Below, piece by piece: positions 1-9,833 of a stretch of DNA of 56,971 nucleotides. A program made the position numbers and the translations under genes. Origin of the DNA: Armatimonadota bacterium. Its GTDB lineage: Bacteria; Armatimonadota; UBA5829; DTLH01. The notes beneath the pieces were generated by a model. It was not told where the DNA came from. It saw nothing but the letters and a program-made list of their open reading frames with translations, and did not search any database. How positions within the stretch are numbered: position 1 is the first letter of the stretch; the number at the start of each line of letters is the position of its first letter. The stretch is taken from contig JBBRAE010000019.1 in the NCBI GenBank assembly GCA_038207085.1, positions 1-56,971 of the forward strand, given 5' to 3'.

Positions 1-1007
1 GTGAAGGGGAACGAGCCGTCGTCGTTCTGCACGGCAACAAGCCAGTTCGCCCCCTGCCGCAGCCGGTCAAGAATCGCCGCATTACCGGAAAGGTGCGAGT
101 ATTCAAGAAGCTTACGCACGAACGTGCCCATTCCACCGGGATAACCTGAGTAACCGGTGCCAAACGTAGTCACGCCAACCAGCTTGTGGTCCGTCCCAGG
201 GGTCACAAACCCGTTGTGCCAGGCGCGGCAATCGCCGATTTCTTTCAGCTCCGCGGAAAGGGTCTCGTCAAACACCAATCGACGCGCAATCCCCGAGCAG
301 CGCTCGGCGTTATCCGTGCTGTAGCGATAGAGCGACGTCACCCTGCACGACTCAAACGAGGGAAAACTGTAGACGTGGTCGTCATAGCGACCCGGTCTGT
401 CAGGAAGGACGGTGTCGAGGTGCAGGCAGTTGACCGCGTCGAAGATACGGTCGTGGAAGGCATTCACCATCGCAATCGACTCTCGAACGGCATCCGTGCT
501 CATCGGCTCGCCCCAACCGGGCATCTCGCGCTCAACAAAGCTTCGAACCAGGCTCCACCAGTTCTCGCCGGGTGTCACCTCAAGCTCTGGAAGTTCGGCG
601 ATGTCGGAGGTGTAGACCCCTTCTTCCTGCCAGTCGCCGAGGTGAGGGGTCTCTTTTGTCTTGGTCTTGTGGGTCACGCCGGAGGCGTATGAGAAGTGGC
701 AGCCATCTGAGTCGTTCCAGACAGATACGCTCGGAATCTTATCGCCGACCGCCGGAGAGAACCTTATCGCGACCGCTTCGTCATCAAACTGAAAGATGCA
801 GAGCGGCATCTTGGCATAGATCGCCCCGACGTAAGCGTGACCGTCAACCTCGGTCTCGTAGAGCCGGGTATAGGCATAGTTTTCACCGCTGTAGCGCATG
901 GTCCAGTAGCGCCGGGCTCGCGCTAGATCGGCTTCGGTGTCGTACATCAGACCACCGACGATCGTGAACTTCGGTATGCGTTTGTCCGAAAACCTGCGTT
1001 CGATCAT
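1..1007 (-). CDS. Hypothetical protein with a prenyltransferase/squalene-oxidase (QW-type) repeat; 3' end outside the window
   Basis: Manual translation from ATG at 1007, directly after the TAG of the methyltransferase, stays open to the window edge: MIERRFSDKRIPKF...RLRQGANWLVAVQNDDGSFPF. The last motif matches a QW repeat. Not in the ORF track because it has no stop in the window. Confidence 0.75.
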   Translation of the reverse strand, partial: MIERRFSDKRIPKFTIVGGLMYDTEADLARARRYWTMRYSGENYAYTRLYETEVDGHAYVGAIYAKMPLCIFQFDDEAVAIRFSPAVGDKIPSVSVWNDSDGCHFSYASGVTHKTKTKETPHLGDWQEEGVYTSDIAELPELEVTPGENWWSLVRSFVEREMPGWGEPMSTDAVRESIAMVNAFHDRIFDAVNCLHLDTVLPDRPGRYDDHVYSFPSFESCRVTSLYRYSTDNAERCSGIARRLVFDETLSAELKEIGDCRAWHNGFVTPGTDHKLVGVTTFGTGYSGYPGGMGTFVRKLLEYSHLSGNAAILDRLRQGANWLVAVQNDDGSFPF

Positions 1008-1952
1008 CTAGCGGCTGCCTTCTGTCTTCACAAAATATGACTCGATCGCCGCGCTGCCGTGCCCTACGGCCATCAACTTACCGACGACCGGGGCGAGTTT
1101 GCGGCAGACTCCCATTGCGATGCGCCCCGGTGTCCATCCCGCGGGAGTCTTGCGTGCCTCGCCATAGAGCATGGTTTCAAGAGACGTGGTGAGGTTTGGT
1201 ATATCGTGATCCGGCGAGAACCGGCGGCAGTAAACCTGCTTCAAGCCAACTTCCGCAGCCATCGCAGCAAGGGTCTTCTCGTTAAAGTGGTAGAGATGAC
1301 GCGGCACGTCGAGCAGATACCAGTTCGGGCCAAAGAGCTTGAACTGAGTGCTTACGATGTTCGGGACAAGCGCAACGTAGAGCCCACCTGGCCGCAGCAT
1401 CCGAGCAACTTCCCTCAGTGCCTCCATCGGCCGGTGCAGGTGCTCGATGACCCCCCACATCGTCGCGACATCTATCGAGCCGTCCTCAAGCTTCACATCA
1501 GAGAGCGTTCCACGGGTGATATCAACACCGTAACGGGTGCGGGCGCAGTCGACCGCCGACTCCGACATCTCAACGCCAATCGTCTTCCACCCAGCTTTGC
1601 CTGCATAATGAAGAAACCGACCGTTTCCGCAGCCGATGTCAAACACAGTGCCACCAGAAACGAACCTGCCGATGTCGGCGAGGCGACGCTGTTCGACCAG
1701 CTCTACCTCTTCGTGATAAACCTCGGCGTCATAATAGGTGTTGGGGTAAAAGTCGCCAATTGCCTCTTCGACCGGGCGCGGGTTCACAAACGAAAGCCCA
1801 CATTTCCTGCACCGAACAATCACAAACGGGTGGTCATCCACGTGGTATTTATCCTGAACCCGGCACACCTCGCGAAGCTCCGTCCCGCCACAATAGCCGC
1901 AGGCCACGGACTCTCTCTCCAAGTTTACCGATTGTCCCACAACATCATTCAT
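1008..1952 (-). CDS. Class I SAM-dependent methyltransferase with N-terminal Zn-ribbon-like Cys pairs
   Basis: FDIGCGNG motif I, WGVIEHL and LRPGG; CGYC...CRKC at the N-terminus; DVPRHLYHF. ATG at 1952 overlaps the flippase stop (TGATG). Confidence 0.88.
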   Translation of the reverse strand: MNDVVGQSVNLERESVACGYCGGTELREVCRVQDKYHVDDHPFVIVRCRKCGLSFVNPRPVEEAIGDFYPNTYYDAEVYHEEVELVEQRRLADIGRFVSGGTVFDIGCGNGRFLHYAGKAGWKTIGVEMSESAVDCARTRYGVDITRGTLSDVKLEDGSIDVATMWGVIEHLHRPMEALREVARMLRPGGLYVALVPNIVSTQFKLFGPNWYLLDVPRHLYHFNEKTLAAMAAEVGLKQVYCRRFSPDHDIPNLTTSLETMLYGEARKTPAGWTPGRIAMGVCRKLAPVVGKLMAVGHGSAAIESYFVKTEGSR

Positions 1953-3421
1953 CAAGCCGTTCCTCGCCTTTTCAATATCGAACGGATCATTCTTTTATCG
2001 TCGGAATCAAGCAGCTTGAGCGCAAAGACGCCGAGGACATACGTCGCAACCGCTGCTATTGCCGCCGGAGCAGCTCCAACAGGGCGCACGAGGTAGAACG
2101 CTCCAGCCATTGCTCCAACCGCCAGCCCAGGCTTCAGCAGAATATCAACCACACTGAACCGCTCGCCGCCTCTAAACGATATGAAGTACGTGGCGACGTA
2201 GTAGACGTTCTCACTAATGATCATCGCCCAGCACGCGCCGATATAGCTGTACCGAGGTATCAGATAAAAGTTCAGTCCAAGGTTCAGCACGAGCCGAACC
2301 ACGATAGGCGGCACAAGCCAGAGCTGTGCCTGACGCGCGGCAACGGACTGCTGCCCCGGAAGCACCGTAAACATCGCGATCCGGCTCCACATCAACAGCG
2401 CAAGGCAGCCACCTGCCGCAGCGAACTTCGGGCCGTATATCGCCGCTATCAATTCGTGGCTAAGTAGAAATACCAGCATGCTCCCGGGGAAACCGACGAG
2501 CACGAGATATCGCGTAGCCTTGGCGACTGCCCGGTCTCGGCCACCATCTTCCTGGGCGGCGCGCCTCGATAGAATCGGAAACATCGCAGCACTGTAGCTG
2601 TAACCGGCCACAAACGCGATATCAATGATCCTGTAGGCCGCGCTATAGAGTCCAACGGGATCAGGCCCCTTCCAGGCTTCAAGGATCAGATAATCAGACC
2701 TGTCGAAGAATCCTGCAAGCGCCTGTGACAAGAGAAACGTCCACCCCTGGCCAAGAAGCATCACTGAAACGCCACGGTCCGCGCCACTGCTATCCCCACT
2801 AAGCCTGCGAATTATCGCGACCTGACCGACGACCATCAGCAGGCACCCTGCAACAGTCGCCCAGGCCACCAACACTATGTTGAAACCAAGCCACACCAGA
2901 AGTATGACCGACGCGACACGCAGCAGACCGACTACAAGCGATAGAAGCGCCGTCGTGTCCTGCCGTTCAAGCCCGGTAAGTACAGACCGGCACGCAAAAT
3001 TGAAGCCCTCCAGTATAACAGTCGTGCATAGAATATAGCCGACCGCAAGCTGCATCCCTGAGTATCCGCGCACGTGCAAGTATGTGACTATCCCCGCCAT
3101 ACAAAGCGATGCCGAAAACGTCTTCAGCAAAAACGCGCTAAACAGATATTTCGCCGCACGTTCCCTGTGCTTGGCGACCTCGCGAACAAGGATATTGTCT
3201 ATCCCGAGATTCGCAAACGCCATCACGATGCCGGTCAGTCCGGTCGCCCAAGCAAGCATACCAAACTGCTTGCTGCCCAGGGTTCTGGCAACGTAGACGC
3301 TCGATATAAGACCAACCGCTAGGGTAGCGAATTGTCCGGCTATGCTCGCAGCTGAATTGCGCAGTACACTGCGGGCGTCATGGCTTGCAGCATCACTTCG
3401 CTCTGTGACGACACTACTCAA
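1952..3421 (-). CDS. wzx: Wzx-type polysaccharide flippase (MOP superfamily)
   Basis: About 12-14 hydrophobic segments, ARTLG...FG, NLGIDNILVREVA, VGLYSAAYRI. TTG start preceded by GGAGGAG. Confidence 0.88.
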   Translation of the reverse strand: MSSVVTERSDAASHDARSVLRNSAASIAGQFATLAVGLISSVYVARTLGSKQFGMLAWATGLTGIVMAFANLGIDNILVREVAKHRERAAKYLFSAFLLKTFSASLCMAGIVTYLHVRGYSGMQLAVGYILCTTVILEGFNFACRSVLTGLERQDTTALLSLVVGLLRVASVILLVWLGFNIVLVAWATVAGCLLMVVGQVAIIRRLSGDSSGADRGVSVMLLGQGWTFLLSQALAGFFDRSDYLILEAWKGPDPVGLYSAAYRIIDIAFVAGYSYSAAMFPILSRRAAQEDGGRDRAVAKATRYLVLVGFPGSMLVFLLSHELIAAIYGPKFAAAGGCLALLMWSRIAMFTVLPGQQSVAARQAQLWLVPPIVVRLVLNLGLNFYLIPRYSYIGACWAMIISENVYYVATYFISFRGGERFSVVDILLKPGLAVGAMAGAFYLVRPVGAAPAAIAAVATYVLGVFALKLLDSDDKRMIRSILKRRGTA

Positions 3422-3451
3422 AGAACTCCTCCAATGAATGGCACCCCGATC

Positions 3452-3730
3452 CTATTGACTTTCGGACTCAGACCTAACAGGAATGCGCATAGTTGTAAGC
3501 CCGAAGATGCCAGTTGAGTGACGATGGTGACTTAACACAAGATCTACCGCATCCTTGCGCACGGTCCTACTTTGTATCTTGTCGCACAGATAGATAAGCG
3601 CCGCACTGACGAGAATAATCTGCAGAAACTGCACGGGCAGAAAGTATCTACGCTCTACATAGGTTATGACGTGCTTCATCATCCACACAAAAAACAGTCC
3701 GATAACAGGGTCTCCACATCTCTGGCTGAA
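3452..3730 (-). pseudogene. 3' remnant of an ArnT-like GT-C paralogue
   Basis: The frame reads PVIGLFFVWMMKHVITYVERRYFLPVQFLQIILVSAALIYLCDKI. It aligns without gaps to the C-terminus of the 5411..6700 product (PILLLAVTWTAAYVFLYSERRYMLPMVFFQFFFVASGLVWLKEKM). An in-frame stop lies just upstream. Confidence 0.6.
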
Positions 3731-3749
3731 CTACGGATATTCATCGATG

Positions 3750-5417
3750 TCATTTCCCCACTTCATGTGCACTCTGCCCGGATAATCCGTGCGCAGCCAA
3801 TGTGACAGACCTTCCCGTGTCGTTCACTAGTTGCTTTTGCGTCCCAGGATCAACAAACAGCCGCCACATAACCTCCACAAGGCCCCACATCAGAGTCATG
3901 GTGCAGACATCAAACCCCTGCTGGAATACTCCTCCGCTAACAGCCTTGATCAACAGGCCGATGTAACCACAGAAGAAGGCAAGAGCCAATGCTTTGTACT
4001 CTGGGTTACCGAGCCGCCTGTAAAGCGCGAAGCACCGCAGCAAGAACGCAATCGACATCCAGAATATACATAAGAAAGCCGGCAATCCGAATGTCATATA
4101 AATCCAAAGATAGCTGTTATGCATAAGGTAGTATGGGATAATGCGGTCGCCCCGACGATTCTGCACATACAGGTACTCAAACGGACGCCCAATGCCAACG
4201 CCGCGAATCGGGCTCTGTTTCAGAAGCCTGATACCGTTCCTGGTTTCACGGACGCGGTTATCGAGCGATGAAGACTTGATCGTCTTGCTTTCAAAGATCG
4301 ACATAAACCTTCCGTTCAAGGTCTTCGCAAACTTGTAACCTGCGTTCGAGGGACCCATCTGTCCCACTGCAACACTCAGCACAACAACAGAAAGCCCAAG
4401 CACAACACTGATCCCGAGAAAACGCCTTCTCACCGCCCACGTGCTCATGAGCGAAGCGATAAAGACGCCAACAAACGTAGGTATCCAAAAGTTCCGGGTG
4501 AAACTGAACACGATACCCATTCCCATAACTGCAGCCGCTGCCAGTGCCACCAGGCCCCCGCGAACCCCTTTCACAGAGGCGTAAAGCGACGTAAACAGGA
4601 ACAGAATTAGAATAGGACTCAGGCCAGGTGGAATAGCTCTCACAACGTCCTCTTCGCCTTCGGTTGCCCCAAGAACCCAAGTCGTGGTGCCAGATCCAAT
4701 GGCAAGCGTCATCCTATGCCCTACGAAATACTGCGCAATGATCGTCATAGCAACGATAACCGATGCCCATATGAGAACGCGCAGTACCATCCTAAACTGT
4801 TTCTCGGTCTGTATACCAAAAGCCACGACAAAGAAGAACAGGTATGGGATCATCTGTCTCGGTCCTGCGTTATAAGCCATGCGAAAATCGATTCGCTCAC
4901 TTGCAACTGACGGCTGATCGACAAGCGCCAAGAACAGAGAAAACCCAATCGAAACGAGAAAGGCCATAACCGGCAGCGTAATCGGGCTTCGGAAAAACTC
5001 AAGCTTGCGCAGAGAGATGTGCCTCACAAATACAACAACAGCCATCGCGCCAATCATCACTTCCGACATGTCAAACCCCATTCCACCAACAGTAAACGGT
5101 CTAGGAATGGCGTCGGGATAGACAATCGTAGCCGAGATGAGCATGATCGCAATGACCCCTATATGGACGCGACTGGTCAGAATAGGAAGAACAATCAGCC
5201 CGACAACGGTTCCGATTGCAGCTTGTTCAGAAGTGGTAAGTATCTGATATCCAAGAAAATACCCTGCACCGCCGAACATAATCAGAGGCAGCAGTATTGA
5301 AAGCAGCCTACGGAGACGCAGCCACCCACCGCGCATCTGTCGACGGGTAGCCGGTCCCCCAGCAATCAGGAGCCGTTGAAACAACGTCGCTTTTACATTG
5401 TTTGTATTGTCTAACAC
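3750..5417 (-). CDS. O-antigen ligase / Wzy polymerase family membrane protein
   Basis: Multi-TM protein with SFTRNFW, SSLDNR, PIRGVGIG and MHNSYLWI...GLP motifs typical of the Wzy_C domain; lies next to wzx. Confidence 0.82.
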   Translation of the reverse strand: MLDNTNNVKATLFQRLLIAGGPATRRQMRGGWLRLRRLLSILLPLIMFGGAGYFLGYQILTTSEQAAIGTVVGLIVLPILTSRVHIGVIAIMLISATIVYPDAIPRPFTVGGMGFDMSEVMIGAMAVVVFVRHISLRKLEFFRSPITLPVMAFLVSIGFSLFLALVDQPSVASERIDFRMAYNAGPRQMIPYLFFFVVAFGIQTEKQFRMVLRVLIWASVIVAMTIIAQYFVGHRMTLAIGSGTTTWVLGATEGEEDVVRAIPPGLSPILILFLFTSLYASVKGVRGGLVALAAAAVMGMGIVFSFTRNFWIPTFVGVFIASLMSTWAVRRRFLGISVVLGLSVVVLSVAVGQMGPSNAGYKFAKTLNGRFMSIFESKTIKSSSLDNRVRETRNGIRLLKQSPIRGVGIGRPFEYLYVQNRRGDRIIPYYLMHNSYLWIYMTFGLPAFLCIFWMSIAFLLRCFALYRRLGNPEYKALALAFFCGYIGLLIKAVSGGVFQQGFDVCTMTLMWGLVEVMWRLFVDPGTQKQLVNDTGRSVTLAAHGLSGQSAHEVGK

Positions 5418-6700
5418 TCAGAAACACTCCCTTTGGGGCTCCGAGCAAACATCTTCTCTTTCAACCAAACCAGTCCTGACGCAACGAAGAAGAATTGAAA
5501 AAACACCATCGGCAGCATATACCTACGTTCGCTGTATAAAAACACATACGCGGCAGTCCAAGTCACCGCTAAGAGTAGAATTGGACGGCTCCGCCGTCGT
5601 GTTCCGTCATCGGAGACAAACCAGCCCAGCACTGCCAACAAGAACATCGGCACCTGCACGAAGGACATCTTAGGAATCCCGAACTTCCCAATATGTGGTG
5701 TATGAGGTGGCAGCGAAGCAGGACTCGCGCCAATTGTGCCAAGCCACAGCCCACTAAACTTCAGTGCAAACAGCCTGAGAGTCTGCACCGGCTGTTTCGC
5801 CATCAAAGACAATCCTTGCCTCATACGCTGTTGGTCAATGTCGACCTCTCGACTGTCAACAGTTGATTCATAGACTATGCAGTGCCGCTGTAACCATTCA
5901 GACTGTCCACGCACCTCGTACGCGTCAGGGGAATTCCCATATAGGCAGTTAAAGCCCGACAGCGTCGTAACCGGCAAAAAACGCCCTGTCACATTGTAGT
6001 TTCGCAATGTCCATGGCCCAACTATCAATACACCCGACATTAGCGCCAGTCCCGCCAGAAGTGTCCTTCTGCTTAGTGACATTGTGCGAACTGAATCCGA
6101 AAACCACAACATTAGTGGCAATAGAACAATATACGGAATAGTGACAGCCTTGGTGAGAGTCAATAAACCCGCTGACAGTCCAGCAAAAACCACATTTGAA
6201 AAGCTGGCACGTTCATATGCCACAACCCCTAGCCACATCGCCAAAGCCACAACAAGCGAACTGAGGTTCTCAGTCAGTAGCATTCCCACGTTTTGATAGA
6301 ACGGTGGCCACATTGCACACATCGCCAAAGCAAGAACAGCTAGAATGGGACGAGTGGGCTGCAAACGCCGACACGTTTTGTAGACCAAAAGCAGCGTGAT
6401 TGTCAACACAAGCGCCTGAAACCAAAAAACTAAGGATGGGTTCGGACCAACAACAGCGTAGATCACAGCAACGAACGCTGGATATACAGGGGGTCTGGTG
6501 AGACCATTGTATTCACCGTGAAGCATCTCAACGGCAAGTCTGTGGTAATCGACACTGTCACCTTGTAGCGTGGCAGCATTCTCGCCACGGTGCGCATAAG
6601 CAACAAATCCGCCCATTAGCAGACTGGCGACAAGAAGTATTATTACAAGCAATGGAAGACCAACCACTAGTCGCCCACATTCCTTTTTGAGAGTCCTCAC
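5411..6700 (-). CDS. ArnT/PMT-like membrane glycosyltransferase (GT-C fold)
   Basis: DSVDY, RPPVYPAF, LLTENL, PWTLRNY and ERRY motifs in a multi-TM protein. GTG at 6700 with GGTGGAGG upstream is preferred to TTG at 6724. Confidence 0.78.
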   Translation of the reverse strand: MRTLKKECGRLVVGLPLLVIILLVASLLMGGFVAYAHRGENAATLQGDSVDYHRLAVEMLHGEYNGLTRPPVYPAFVAVIYAVVGPNPSLVFWFQALVLTITLLLVYKTCRRLQPTRPILAVLALAMCAMWPPFYQNVGMLLTENLSSLVVALAMWLGVVAYERASFSNVVFAGLSAGLLTLTKAVTIPYIVLLPLMLWFSDSVRTMSLSRRTLLAGLALMSGVLIVGPWTLRNYNVTGRFLPVTTLSGFNCLYGNSPDAYEVRGQSEWLQRHCIVYESTVDSREVDIDQQRMRQGLSLMAKQPVQTLRLFALKFSGLWLGTIGASPASLPPHTPHIGKFGIPKMSFVQVPMFLLAVLGWFVSDDGTRRRSRPILLLAVTWTAAYVFLYSERRYMLPMVFFQFFFVASGLVWLKEKMFARSPKGSVSEC

Positions 6701-6998
6701 CTGATCAATCCTCCACCGCCGCAACTCAATATACGGGACTGTTCGTTGCTCAGATCACACTGGTTTTGGGCATGTCTGTTCCAGCGATAATTATGGTCTA
6801 TTGGGGCACAAATCTTCAGTGCCAATCGCGCCAGTTACCGAGTTTTCAGCAGACCAGGTAGCCTATCGCTCGCAAAACTACCTGGAACTATGGTACTACG
6901 CAGCCTCATCCGTGTCAACAATTTATGGAAACCAACCTCTTATCTTCACTGTGAAGATGATTATTGACAATCAAAGAAAGCACTCTGCAGTATTATCA

Positions 6999-7007
6999 TG
7001 GTATAAT
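6999..7007 (+). promoter_or_regulatory. Extended -10 promoter (TGgTATAAT) upstream of the gtrA operon
   Basis: Exact TGnTATAAT in the divergent intergenic region. A TTGACA at 6964-6969 is too far away to pair with it. Confidence 0.5.
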
Positions 7008-7210
7008 CCGGTAGTGAACTATTGCGCCGAACCGAGGCAGCCGGTCTGACACTGGGTTTCGGGGGAAGCACATCCACATCAAACGGCAACTGGGGCACGC
7101 ATGATCTCATTCTTATGTTCCACCGGGACAGAGGCACCGCGTGCGGAGGCTTCGAAGCAAGGCTACCCAGAGCTAAAGAATCAAGTTAGTCTGGCACTAG
7201 GAGAAAACTG

Positions 7211-7705
7211 TTGAGCGTCAAAGCACCCGCAAGAGAAGAGACCAAATCTGCAGTGAACAACGCCGCGCGCCATCTGCTTGTTAAGCAAACCGACTCTGTC
7301 TTTGCCCAGATGTTCAGATTCGGAATGGTCGGAGCTCTTGCGACAGTCGTTGATGTCATGATCCTGCACGTGCTGGCCGACAGAATGCACGTATCCCACT
7401 TTCATGCCGTAGCCGCGGGGTTTGCTGCGGGCACGGTGGTCAGCTATCTGCTAAGCGTCCGCTGGGTCTTCACCAACCGCACACTCAGCAATCCCACAAC
7501 CGAATTCGCCGTGTTTGGCGCAGTCGGTGTGATAGGATTCCTTCTAACTGAGTGGATAGTTCTGACACTGGTCGGCATGTTCGGGAAACACTTCTTGATG
7601 CAAGCCAAAATGGTCTCCGTAGTCACCGTCTTCGGATGGAACTTCGGGGCCCGAAGACTGCTTCTGTTCCGCTCAGGCGCTTGTTCCAAGGATAAAGAGT
7701 TGTAA
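7211..7705 (+). CDS. GtrA family protein (polyprenyl-phosphate sugar flippase-like)
   Basis: QMFRFGMVG, SYLLSVRWVF and WNFGARRLLLF; four TM segments; AGGAGA RBS. Confidence 0.88.
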   Translation: MSVKAPAREETKSAVNNAARHLLVKQTDSVFAQMFRFGMVGALATVVDVMILHVLADRMHVSHFHAVAAGFAAGTVVSYLLSVRWVFTNRTLSNPTTEFAVFGAVGVIGFLLTEWIVLTLVGMFGKHFLMQAKMVSVVTVFGWNFGARRLLLFRSGACSKDKEL

Positions 7706-7728
7706 TTCTTACGGGAGTGTAGACAACA

Positions 7729-9144
7729 ATGGGCCACGATCAGAAAGTGGTGGTGCTCGGCGGCGGCCTGGCAGGTCTTTCCGCTGCATGGAAACTCGCT
7801 CAGGCCGGAGTTAACGTTGAAGTAATCGAGAAAGAAGATATCCCCGGGGGGCTTTCAGCAACACTGAAGCGTGACGGGTTTCTCTTTGATTACGGTGGAC
7901 ACAGATTTATAACCAAGCGTCAGGATGTTATCGACGAGATACAAACACTGATGGGGTCAGAGTTCCGTCCTGGTGTCAGGAAGACCCAGTATCTACTGTG
8001 GGGCGAACGTCTAAACTATCCACTGGAGATCGGCGACCTTGTGCGCAAGGTGAGTCCGTTTGTGTCAGCTCGATGCATGCTCGATTACTTCTGGACCGCA
8101 CTCAAGGGCAAGTTTGTTAGCCTGCCAGAGGATAACTTCGAGTCCTGGGTAGTGAAACGCTTCGGAAGGCACCTCTACGACATATTCTTCGGTCAGTATA
8201 CAGCGAAGATATGGGGCGTGCCTCCGTCTCAGATATCGAGGGACTGGGCCGCACAGCGAATCTCAATCGTGAATCTCGGAGACGCCATCCGCCAGCTAAT
8301 CTCAAAGCCCAAAGAAGACCCGCGCACGTACACTCGCACTTACTACTACTGCGATGATGGCATCGGACGGATCGCCGAGCGGATGACTGAAGAGATCGTG
8401 CGCCACGGTGGCAAAGTGCATTATTCATCATCTGTAACCGGAATAGATGTGTCGGGCGGGCGGGCGAAGTCAGTCACGGCAGTGGGGTCCGACGGCGAGT
8501 TTACGCTTGCAGCCGATTCGATCATCAGCACCATACCGATCACCGATGTCGTTCGCATGATGGAGCCCGCAGCACCTGCCGATATCGTTCAGTCAGCCGA
8601 GAAACTCCGCTACAGAGCGCTTGCTTTCCTGTTTATGACGCTGGACACGGAGAAGATCTCCGATAACGACGCCCTTTACGTGCCGGAGCCCAGATACATA
8701 TTCTTCAGAATCGAGCAGTACAAGTACTGGAGCATGAAGATGGTCCCAAGCGAGGACAAGACCTCGCTCTGTCTTGAGATATCATGCTTCAAGGACGACG
8801 ACGTTTGGAATGCGCCTGACGAGGAGCTGTTGCAGGCAAGCATAGACGGTCTGAAGCATGCGGGGCTCATCAAGGACGAAAGCGTCGTGATGGACTACTT
8901 CGTTAAGCGTATGGACTATGTATATCCCTTATTCGAAATTGGGTACAGCGAACATGCGGTGCGGGTAAGGGAGTATGCCGATACCATCCCCAACTTGATC
9001 TCTTACGGTCGGCAGGGGTATTATCAATATATTCATATGCACCACGTTATTGCAAAGGGCATTCAGGCTGCTGACCATATTATAACCGGGAGCGATCGAA
9101 GTGAGATTCAGCGAGTGGGAACCGAGGAAGAATACTTCGGCTGA
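7729..9144 (+). CDS. FAD-dependent oxidoreductase (protoporphyrinogen oxidase-like / UDP-galactopyranose mutase-related family)
   Basis: VVVLGGGLAGL FAD fold, PGGLS, FDYGGHRF, YTAKIWG, WAAQRI and GRQGYYQY. Confidence 0.8.
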   Translation: MGHDQKVVVLGGGLAGLSAAWKLAQAGVNVEVIEKEDIPGGLSATLKRDGFLFDYGGHRFITKRQDVIDEIQTLMGSEFRPGVRKTQYLLWGERLNYPLEIGDLVRKVSPFVSARCMLDYFWTALKGKFVSLPEDNFESWVVKRFGRHLYDIFFGQYTAKIWGVPPSQISRDWAAQRISIVNLGDAIRQLISKPKEDPRTYTRTYYYCDDGIGRIAERMTEEIVRHGGKVHYSSSVTGIDVSGGRAKSVTAVGSDGEFTLAADSIISTIPITDVVRMMEPAAPADIVQSAEKLRYRALAFLFMTLDTEKISDNDALYVPEPRYIFFRIEQYKYWSMKMVPSEDKTSLCLEISCFKDDDVWNAPDEELLQASIDGLKHAGLIKDESVVMDYFVKRMDYVYPLFEIGYSEHAVRVREYADTIPNLISYGRQGYYQYIHMHHVIAKGIQAADHIITGSDRSEIQRVGTEEEYFG

Positions 9145-9155
9145 GAGGCGGACTT

Positions 9156-9833
9156 ATGCGTGAACTGTTCGCCGAACTCGATGCTGTGCTCTTTGACCTC
9201 GACGGCACGCTCGTCGAGACAAATATCGACTTCTCACTTATGAAAAGCGAGATGCTGAGACTTGCGCGCGACACTGGGATCGACGGTGACCTCACCTCGC
9301 TCGATATATTGGCTATTGTTGATCACATGAACGAGCACGTTCGGCTCCGAATCGGCAAAACCGCCGCCCAGCAGGTTAGAGCCGACGCTCTTGGGGTGCT
9401 CGAAGTGATCGAGCTCCGTCACTCGTCAAACGCAGTTGAGATACCTGCCGCCCACGAGCTGGTTCTCGCGCTTCGCGAGCGCGGCGTGCCGGTTGGGATC
9501 GTCACCCGCAACTGTCGTGCGGCAAGCGAAGATGCGCTATCGCGCACCAGGATCGTACCGGATGTGCTCCTGTGTCGTGAGGACGTGGTCCACGCCAAGC
9601 CGAAACCGGACCAACTTTTTGCAGCGCTCTCGATGCTATCGGCGACCCCTGATAGGTCCGTGATGGTCGGCGACCACACGATGGACATGATCGCCGGCAA
9701 GGCCGCCGGGATGCGCACGATCGGCCTGCTTGCGCCCGATCGTGCCAATGATTTCTTCGACGACGTAGCGCCGGACGCTGTCGCAAATAACCTTTTCGAG
9801 ATACTTTGTGCTGTTATCGATAGTAATAGTTAA
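9156..9833 (+). CDS. HAD family hydrolase (phosphoglycolate phosphatase-like)
   Basis: FDLDGTL motif I, VTRN, KPKP and MVGDH..D...GKAAG. Confidence 0.88.
   Translation: MRELFAELDAVLFDLDGTLVETNIDFSLMKSEMLRLARDTGIDGDLTSLDILAIVDHMNEHVRLRIGKTAAQQVRADALGVLEVIELRHSSNAVEIPAAHELVLALRERGVPVGIVTRNCRAASEDALSRTRIVPDVLLCREDVVHAKPKPDQLFAALSMLSATPDRSVMVGDHTMDMIAGKAAGMRTIGLLAPDRANDFFDDVAPDAVANNLFEILCAVIDSNS

Noticed and set aside
186..967. Plus-strand ORFs 186..692, 412..615 and 572..967
   Set aside because: They are antisense shadows of the minus-strand gene 1007..<1, which fits the operon and carries a recognisable motif.
1059..2467. Long plus-strand ORFs (345 aa and 235 aa)
   Set aside because: They are antisense to the methyltransferase and wzx and have no motifs. 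The same applies to most short track ORFs across the window, e.g. 44290..45195 and those over the GH78 gene.
6964..6996. TTGACA...TATTAT promoter pair
   Set aside because: The 21-nt spacer is too long. Only the downstream extended -10 was kept.
7020..7065. glmS ribozyme-like start (GCGCC-GAAC...TGAC)
   Set aside because: It lacks the following GACGAGG core, and there is no glmS gene downstream.
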